The position numbers and the translations under genes were made by a program. A stretch of DNA of 10,180 nt, taken from assembly GCA_050309605.1 (NCBI GenBank), contig JBNRMN010000018.1, positions 1 to 10,180 of the forward strand, read 5' to 3'. Source of the stretch: Anaerohalosphaeraceae bacterium (lineage in GTDB: Bacteria > Planctomycetota > Phycisphaerae > Sedimentisphaerales > Anaerohalosphaeraceae). The notes beneath the pieces were generated by a model. The model saw nothing but the letters and a program-made list of their open reading frames with translations, was not told where the DNA came from and did not search any database. This document shows, in pieces, positions 4,614-10,180 of the stretch (positions are counted from its first letter, which is position 1; each line of letters starts with the position of its first letter).

Positions 4614-6734
4614 ATGATAAAAAATCAATACGCAACAATTCAATGGATCGGCGGGGTGCTGGCAGCGACGATTTTTCTGTCGGCGTTTTTAGTGTTTCAG
4701 ATCCAGCCGTTGATGGGACGGTATATCCTGCCGTGGTTTGGGGGGATGCCGGAGGTGTGGACAGCGTGTATGCTGTTCTTTCAGGTGTTTTTGTTGGGCG
4801 GGTACGCCTATGCGCACGCGCTGCATCGGCTGCCGATGCGGTGGCAGGCAACCATTCATACGGTTCTGGTGCTGGCTGCGGCGGCCACGCTGTCGGTGAT
4901 TCCCGATGCCGCGCTGAAACCGACGCCGGCGGATGTGCCGGTCGTCAGGATTGTGTGGATTTGTGCGATCTGTGTGGGGGCGGCGTATTTTGTCCTGACC
5001 GCCACCAGTCCACTGGTGCAGAGCTGGTTTTCGCAGGCCCTGCCGGGACGCGACCCGTATCGGCTCTATGCGCTGAGCAACATCGGATCGCTGCTGGCGC
5101 TGGGCAGTTTTCCGTTTGTGTTTGAGCCGCTGCTCAGCCGCGACGCTACGGCGGCGGTGTGGTCATGGGGGTTTTACGGATACGCAGGATTGGCCGTGCT
5201 GTGCGCCGCGACGCTGATCGGAATCGAACGACGAAGGGCCGCCCCGGTCGGAAATCAGAAGACAGAGAGCAGAGGCCAGAGGGCAGAAAAAGGCCGTGCG
5301 GCGGACAAAGCACAACCGGCACGCCGCGATTGGGTATTCTGGCTGCTGCTGCCGATGGCGGCTTCGGTCGAGCTGCTGGCGGTCACCAACAAGGTCACAC
5401 TGGATATTGCCGTGATTCCGTTTTTGTGGGTGCTGCCGCTGAGTTTGTATCTGCTGTCGTTTATTTTGTGTTTTGACCATCCGCGATGGTATCAGCGCGG
5501 GCTGTTTCTGCTGCTGCTGATCGCAGGCATCCTCGGACATGTCTGGGTCGGACGCAAGGCCATGGATATGCACGTGGTCACGATTATCACAATCTATGCG
5601 GTGCTGCTGTTCTCGTGCTGTATGATCTGCCACGGCGAGCTGTATCGGCTGCGGCCGGCCCGTGGTCATCTGACGCATTTTTATTTGATGGTTGCCCTTG
5701 GCGGGGCGCTGGGCGGGGTCTTCGTGGCGGTCGCGGCGCCGCTGATCTTCAAAACCTATCACGAACTTCATCTGGGGATCCTGGCAACGGTATTGTGCGT
5801 GCTGATGTGCGAGAAGGACATCTCGCCGGCACTGGCCAAGCGGCGGCCGTGGTGGGTGGCGGCGCTGTGCCTCGGCGGCGCGGCGGGAATCGTATTACAG
5901 GGTCAGCGGCCCGTGGGCAATCAGCGCATTGTTGAGATGAGCCGCAATTTCTTCGGGGTCCTGACAATCCTTGAAGAAAACCCCGACGATCCGGCCCGGC
6001 ACAAGCGGCTGATGCAGCACGGCTCGACCTTTCACGGGCTGCAATTTATCGCCGCAGACAAACAATTCCTGCCGACGTCGTATTACAGCCCCGACAGCGG
6101 CGTCGGCCTGCTGCTGCGGCACTGGGCCAAGGATTCGCCGCGGCGCATCGGCGTGGTCGGGCTGGGCGTCGGCACGATTGCCGCCTATGGCAGCGAAGGC
6201 GACCTCGTGCGATTTTACGAAATCAACCCCGAAGTGATACGGATGGCGCGTCAGTATTTTTCCTATCTGGATGACAGCGACGCAGACATTGAAGTTGTGC
6301 TGGGCGACGCTCGACTGAGTATGACCTATGAGTCGCCGCAGCGGTATGACGTGCTGGCGCTGGACGCCTTCAGCAGCGATGCGATACCGGTGCACCTGCT
6401 CACCGCCGAGGCGTTTGAAGTGTATCTGTCGCATCTGGCCGAGGGCGGCGTGCTGGCGGTGCATATCTCCACGCAACATCTGGACTTACAGTCGGTGATC
6501 TGGAAGCTGGCCGAGCATTTTAAGCTGACCGGTCGATGGATTGAAACCTTTCCGGATGACGCCGCCGGCGCGATGGCCTCGGACTGGATTCTGCTGAGCC
6601 GCGACGGTGATATTCTGGACCGGGAGATTTTTCGCCGTCGCCAAAGCACGCCGTACGCCGATCTTGATCGCGTGCCGTTCTGGACCGATGACCACGTCAA
6701 TCTGCTCGGAATTCTCAAGAAAAAGGCCGACTGA
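4614..6734 (+). CDS. Fused multi-pass membrane (MFS-like) / spermidine-synthase-like SAM-dependent methyltransferase protein
   Basis: N-terminal TIFLSAFLVFQIQPLMGRYILPWFGG.PEVWTACMLFFQ..LL.GY.YAH, DPYRLYALSNIGSLLAL, CHGELYRLRP; C-terminal Rossmann motifs IGVVGLGVGTIAAY, FYEINPEV, LGDAR, YDVLALDAFSSDAIPVHLLT. The ORF is open from 4515, but ATG 4614 is preferred because it follows the promoter and directly precedes the first TM helix; start uncertain. Confidence 0.88.
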   Translation: MIKNQYATIQWIGGVLAATIFLSAFLVFQIQPLMGRYILPWFGGMPEVWTACMLFFQVFLLGGYAYAHALHRLPMRWQATIHTVLVLAAAATLSVIPDAALKPTPADVPVVRIVWICAICVGAAYFVLTATSPLVQSWFSQALPGRDPYRLYALSNIGSLLALGSFPFVFEPLLSRDATAAVWSWGFYGYAGLAVLCAATLIGIERRRAAPVGNQKTESRGQRAEKGRAADKAQPARRDWVFWLLLPMAASVELLAVTNKVTLDIAVIPFLWVLPLSLYLLSFILCFDHPRWYQRGLFLLLLIAGILGHVWVGRKAMDMHVVTIITIYAVLLFSCCMICHGELYRLRPARGHLTHFYLMVALGGALGGVFVAVAAPLIFKTYHELHLGILATVLCVLMCEKDISPALAKRRPWWVAALCLGGAAGIVLQGQRPVGNQRIVEMSRNFFGVLTILEENPDDPARHKRLMQHGSTFHGLQFIAADKQFLPTSYYSPDSGVGLLLRHWAKDSPRRIGVVGLGVGTIAAYGSEGDLVRFYEINPEVIRMARQYFSYLDDSDADIEVVLGDARLSMTYESPQRYDVLALDAFSSDAIPVHLLTAEAFEVYLSHLAEGGVLAVHISTQHLDLQSVIWKLAEHFKLTGRWIETFPDDAAGAMASDWILLSRDGDILDREIFRRRQSTPYADLDRVPFWTDDHVNLLGILKKKAD
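5256..5290 (+). repeat. Degenerate heptamer tandem repeat (CAGARNN)x5 inside the coding sequence
   Basis: CAGAAGA CAGAGAG CAGAGGC CAGAGGG CAGAAAA, encoding part of the hydrophilic loop NQKTESRGQRAEK. Confidence 0.65.
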
Positions 6735-7199
6735 ACCGTCCGCATCAGAACAAATCATCCATCGGGGCTGAACACGTTATCGGGCTTTTCCAAAAGAAAC
6801 CTTCGGCGTTATCGGACACTGTGCTTGATTGCGTAAAATTTTTTAGATTGTACTTGAGCGCACTGCAAGCGGGGTTTTTTATCATTCGCTCCGGTAACCC
6901 ATTTTCCGCACCGGGATATATCAACAGACAGGGACATATAATACCTTGGTTTTCAACAGAGTAATACGGAATACAGCAGGGCGATTTTCCCAAGAGATGT
7001 TCGGGAAAAATAACCATTGACCCCAATAACAGCGAATCATTTCCTCTTTGCTATCAAAGGATTTCCTTCGTTTTTTACAAATAGAACTTTTAAGTTCGTT
7101 TTATTTTTACGATGACACACCCCGTGAACAGGTTATCCCTGCAGGAAAACCAACGGCTGCGAACAGTCAATGTACTTCAATATCAGAAAGGAAGGCAGT

Positions 7200-7715
7200 A
7201 TGGCAAATACCACCACATCGCCCCCGCAGGCCGGCTCTGACAGGCAGAGTTTAGCGGGCAAATACCTGACGTTTACGCTGGGGGCTGAAGAATTCGGTCT
7301 GCAAATCCTTAAGGTTCGCGAGATCATCGGCTATATGGATATTACCGCCGTGCCGCGTGCCCCGCATGATGTGCGCGGCGTGATCAATCTCCGCGGGCAG
7401 GTCGTGCCCATCGTCGATATGCGGGCGCGATTCGGCATGGAGCCGATTGAGATCACCGACCAGACGTGTATCATCGTGGTCGAGGTCAAAGCCGGTCGGC
7501 AGAGCTTTCACACCGGCATCATCGTCGATCGCGTCTGCGAAGTGCTGGACATTGAGGACAAAGACATTGAGCCGACGCCGCAGTTTGACGGCAGCGTCGA
7601 TACGTCGTTTATCCTCGGCATGGGCAAGATCGGCGGCGCGGTCAAGATTCTGCTGGATATTGACCAGGTGCTGCATACACAGGAACTGGAGCAACTGGCC
7701 GACGTCCAGGTGTAA
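7200..7715 (+). CDS. cheW: Chemotaxis coupling protein CheW, 171 aa
   Basis: KYLTFTLGAEEFGLQILKVREII, ITAVPRAPHDVRGVINLRGQVVPIVDMR.RFG, GIIVDRVCEV, FILGMGK..VKILLDIDQVL. Start set to ATG 7200 after SD AAAGGAAGG rather than 7170. Confidence 0.96.
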   Translation: MANTTTSPPQAGSDRQSLAGKYLTFTLGAEEFGLQILKVREIIGYMDITAVPRAPHDVRGVINLRGQVVPIVDMRARFGMEPIEITDQTCIIVVEVKAGRQSFHTGIIVDRVCEVLDIEDKDIEPTPQFDGSVDTSFILGMGKIGGAVKILLDIDQVLHTQELEQLADVQV

Positions 7716-7763
7716 ACGGCGTCAGGAGTACTTCCTTATCGAATTTGCTGCCGGAGCCAAACC

Positions 7764-8195
7764 ATGGAACACATAGAATGGAGCGAGTCCTGTCGGATCG
7801 GCATTGATCGCATCGACGCTCAGCATAAACGGCTTTTCAATCTGGCCAACATCTTCTTTAAGACGCTCGACAGTCCCAAGCTGGCTGATTTCATCGAGGC
7901 GATCTTGTCCGGTCTGCTGGCCTATACCAAGAGCCACTTTGCCGACGAAGAGGCTGTGATGGAGATGTCGGGTTATCCGCATCTTCAAGATCACCGCCGC
8001 AGCCACCGCCGGCTTACCGAGGACGTCGAGGCGCTGAACAAACGCCTTCAGGAAGGCTTACCCATCGACAAGAATGCCGTCATGGTGTTCCTGAAAGACT
8101 GGTTGACGCGCCACGTGATGCAGGAAGACAAGCAAATCGGGCTATGGATACAGCAATCGTCTGTTCCCATCGGCCAGCAAACATCGACCCAATAA
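7764..8195 (+). CDS. Single-domain bacteriohemerythrin, 143 aa
   Basis: W...[42 protein letters not shown]: complete H/HxxxE/HxxxH/HxxxxD di-iron ligand set; SD GGAG. Confidence 0.95.
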   Translation: MEHIEWSESCRIGIDRIDAQHKRLFNLANIFFKTLDSPKLADFIEAILSGLLAYTKSHFADEEAVMEMSGYPHLQDHRRSHRRLTEDVEALNKRLQEGLPIDKNAVMVFLKDWLTRHVMQEDKQIGLWIQQSSVPIGQQTSTQ

Positions 8196-8220
8196 CCCAC
8201 TGCAGAAAGGGTTTTTCGCC

Positions 8221-8607
8221 ATGAGCACATTCGAATGGTCAATGACGTATTCGGTCGGTATTGATGCAATGGATAATCAGCACAAGCGGCTCTTTGCGAT
8301 GGTGCAGCAACTGTATGAGGCGATGCACCATGGCAAGGGCGATCAGGTGATTTGCGAGATACTTGACCATCTACTCAGCTACACCTTACTCCATTTTTCC
8401 GCCGAAGAAGAGGTCATGCGCAAAGCCGGTTATCCCGATCTGACCTCCCACCTTGCCCTGCACAAGGCGTTTACGGACAAAGTCGGCCGGATGGCTGAAG
8501 ACCTCAAAACCGGCCGAATGGTCTCTGCCGCCGGCCTGGCAGCGTTCCTGAAAGACTGGCTCGTGCATCATATTCAGCAGGAAGACCGCCGATACGGTGC
8601 GTTTATC
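8221..8607 (+). other. Second bacteriohemerythrin domain
   Basis: [50 protein letters not shown]: all seven di-iron ligands present; SD AAAGGG upstream of 8221. Confidence 0.93.
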
Positions 8608-10180
8608 TGTGAAAGCAAACCGGTAAAGACGACTCGACACAGAAGCAACCTCCACTCTGCAACCGTTTTAACTGAAAGAGAATACCCCCCTATCAAAGGA
8701 AAGGACAGAACGATGTTTAAGAACATGAAACTGGGAACCAAGTTGATTTTGGCGTTTATGAGCGTCGCTGCAATCACGCTGATGCTCGGTGTGGTAGGCT
8801 ATTATGGCGCCGTGCAAAGTGAAAATTCGATCAATGAAATCGGTGCGGTACGCTTACCAAGTGTGGACAGTATGCTGGAAATTGAAAAGCAGGCTGAAAA
8901 TATTCGCGCCTCACTGCGTACATTGACCATTGCGGGACTGTCGCGTGAGGATCGCGAACGTCAATATCAAAATATTGAACAAGCCCATGAAGACTACCAG
9001 CAAGCATGGAAGATTTATGAACCGTTGCCCCAAACTCAGAAAGAAGCGGAATATTGGAATCAGTTTGTCAAAGCCTGGGACGCTTGGCGCGTCGAAAACA
9101 ATAAAGCGTTTGAGTTGTCTCGACAGTTTGATCAGATCGGTATTCAGGATCCGATGGATCTTGCCCGCCGATTGGAACAATATACCAAAGATCACTATAT
9201 TCTGGTTAACAACATACGGCAGCTTCTGGACGATTCTTCTGCAACCTTTCAGGGCGGCGACGATCATACCGTCTGTAACGCAGGACGCTATTTTCCGACC
9301 TTCCAAACCACGAACTCGGAATTGGCCTCGGCGTTGCGTGCTTTTGATGCGCCGCATCGTCGTTTTCACGAGACCGTCGGTCAGATCAAATTATTGGTTC
9401 AGAACGGCAATCAAGAGCAAGCCCGACAAATCTTTCAAAATGAGATGATGCCGGCTATGCAAGATGTCTTTGGCTCATTTGATACCATGCTGGCAATTGC
9501 CAATAACGCCAGCGATACCATGGTTGCCGCGCAGCAGCAGATTATGGGACCGGTGAGGCTTCGCCAAGAGGAGGCAACAGAATTGCTCGCCAAGATAGTT
9601 GATATCAACCGTGAAGTAGCTGCGAACGAAGTGGAAGACGCTCATGCTCAGGCCGTCTTTATTGAGATACTGTGTGTTACCGCCACGATCATCGGTGTCG
9701 CGCTGGCGATTGCGCTGGGCATTGTCATTACCCGTGCGATTACCAAACCGATCAATCAGATCATTGCCGGACTGACCGAAGGGGCGCAGCAGGTGGCGGC
9801 GGCGTCCGGACAGGTCTCGGCGGCCTCGCAGTCGCTGGCCGAGGGGGCAACCGAACAGGCGGCAGGATTGGAGGAAACGTCATCGAGCCTTGAGGAAATG
9901 TCCTCCATGACCAAACAGAACGCCGACAGTGCTCAGCAGGCCAACACATTATCCGATGAGGCCAGCCGTTCTGCCAAAAATGGTTCCAAACTGATGGGGC
10001 AGATGAGCAAGGCCATCGATGACATTCAGAAATCCTCGGATGAAACCGCCAAAATCATCAAGGTCATCGACGAGATCGCGTTCCAGACCAATCTGCTGGC
10101 ACTGAACGCCGCCGTGGAAGCGGCCCGGGCCGGCGAGGCGGGCAAGGGCTTCGCCGTCGTGGCCGAGGAAGTGCGGAATC
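8221..10180 (+). CDS. Methyl-accepting chemotaxis protein with in-frame N-terminal bacteriohemerythrin (Hr-TM1-4HB/CZB-TM2-MCP signal); 3' truncated; likely second start at 8713
   Basis: Manual translation of frame +1 shows no stop from ATG 8221 to the window end, which is presumably why the ORF track omits it. Hemerythrin motifs at 8221-8607; TM1 [25 protein letters not shown] (~8740-8814); TM2 [26 protein letters not shown] (~9655-9732); signalling hairpin [42 protein letters not shown]; methylation-type [16 protein letters not shown]. Confidence 0.93.
   Translation, partial: MSTFEWSMTYSVGIDAMDNQHKRLFAMVQQLYEAMHHGKGDQVICEILDHLLSYTLLHFSAEEEVMRKAGYPDLTSHLALHKAFTDKVGRMAEDLKTGRMVSAAGLAAFLKDWLVHHIQQEDRRYGAFICESKPVKTTRHRSNLHSATVLTEREYPPIKGKDRTMFKNMKLGTKLILAFMSVAAITLMLGVVGYYGAVQSENSINEIGAVRLPSVDSMLEIEKQAENIRASLRTLTIAGLSREDRERQYQNIEQAHEDYQQAWKIYEPLPQTQKEAEYWNQFVKAWDAWRVENNKAFELSRQFDQIGIQDPMDLARRLEQYTKDHYILVNNIRQLLDDSSATFQGGDDHTVCNAGRYFPTFQTTNSELASALRAFDAPHRRFHETVGQIKLLVQNGNQEQARQIFQNEMMPAMQDVFGSFDTMLAIANNASDTMVAAQQQIMGPVRLRQEEATELLAKIVDINREVAANEVEDAHAQAVFIEILCVTATIIGVALAIALGIVITRAITKPINQIIAGLTEGAQQVAAASGQVSAASQSLAEGATEQAAGLEETSSSLEEMSSMTKQNADSAQQANTLSDEASRSAKNGSKLMGQMSKAIDDIQKSSDETAKIIKVIDEIAFQTNLLALNAAVEAARAGEAGKGFAVVAEEVRN
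8695..8715 (+). promoter_or_regulatory. Internal ribosome-binding site and ATG for the MCP portion
   Basis: AAAGGAAAGGA, 7 nt, ATG 8713 followed by [15 protein letters not shown], a typical MCP N-terminus; closely resembles the cheW RBS region (TATCAGAAAGGAAGG versus TATCAAAGGAAAGG). Confidence 0.75.
9160..9492 (+). other. CZB-like (chemoreceptor zinc-binding) domain within the extracytoplasmic region of the MCP
   Basis: TKDHYILV (His 9193), [12 protein letters not shown] (Cys 9274), PHRRFHETV (His 9355, His 9367) match the CZB 3His/1Cys pattern H...CxxGx(W/Y)...HxxxH. Boundaries approximate. Confidence 0.75.

Noticed and set aside
4426..6758. Multiple alternative-frame and antisense ORFs across the spermidine-synthase-like gene
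   Set aside because: Wholly or largely overlap a well-supported CDS and show no protein-like motifs.
6745..7254. ORFs 6745-7026(-) and 7048-7254(+), and a possible c-di-GMP riboswitch upstream of cheW
   Set aside because: The ORFs lack convincing SD or motifs and one overlaps cheW out of frame; I could not find the conserved c-di-GMP-I riboswitch core by eye.
8386..9949. ORF-track entries 8386-8655, 8574-8777, 8911-9369, 8930-9448, 9672-9893, 9761-9949
   Set aside because: All are shadows of the frame +1 hemerythrin-MCP ORF, which the track missed.

Overview
Bacterial chromosomal window; the lineage cannot be fixed from sequence alone. Left to right: (i) the 3' end and probable right terminus of an IS66-like element; (ii) a lower-GC minus-strand module of a MarR regulator plus an uncharacterised 352-aa membrane protein, with three copies of a palindromic operator-like motif; (iii) a minus-strand cluster of a DRG-like OBG-family GTPase with TGS domain, a 64-aa Cys-rich protein and a TauE/SafE (TSUP) permease; (iv) a small transcription unit missed by the ORF track (sigma70-type promoter, structured leader, 31-aa hydrophobic peptide, intrinsic terminator); (v) a fused membrane/spermidine-synthase-like methyltransferase; (vi) a chemosensory operon of cheW, a stand-alone bacteriohemerythrin and a long ORF (8221 to window end, absent from the ORF track). 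In that ORF a second hemerythrin reads in frame into a HAMP-less methyl-accepting chemotaxis protein, whose extracytoplasmic four-helix-bundle sensor carries an inserted CZB-like (3His/1Cys zinc) domain. This receptor and the small-peptide unit are the most unusual items. All domain calls come from manual motif recognition; no searches were run.
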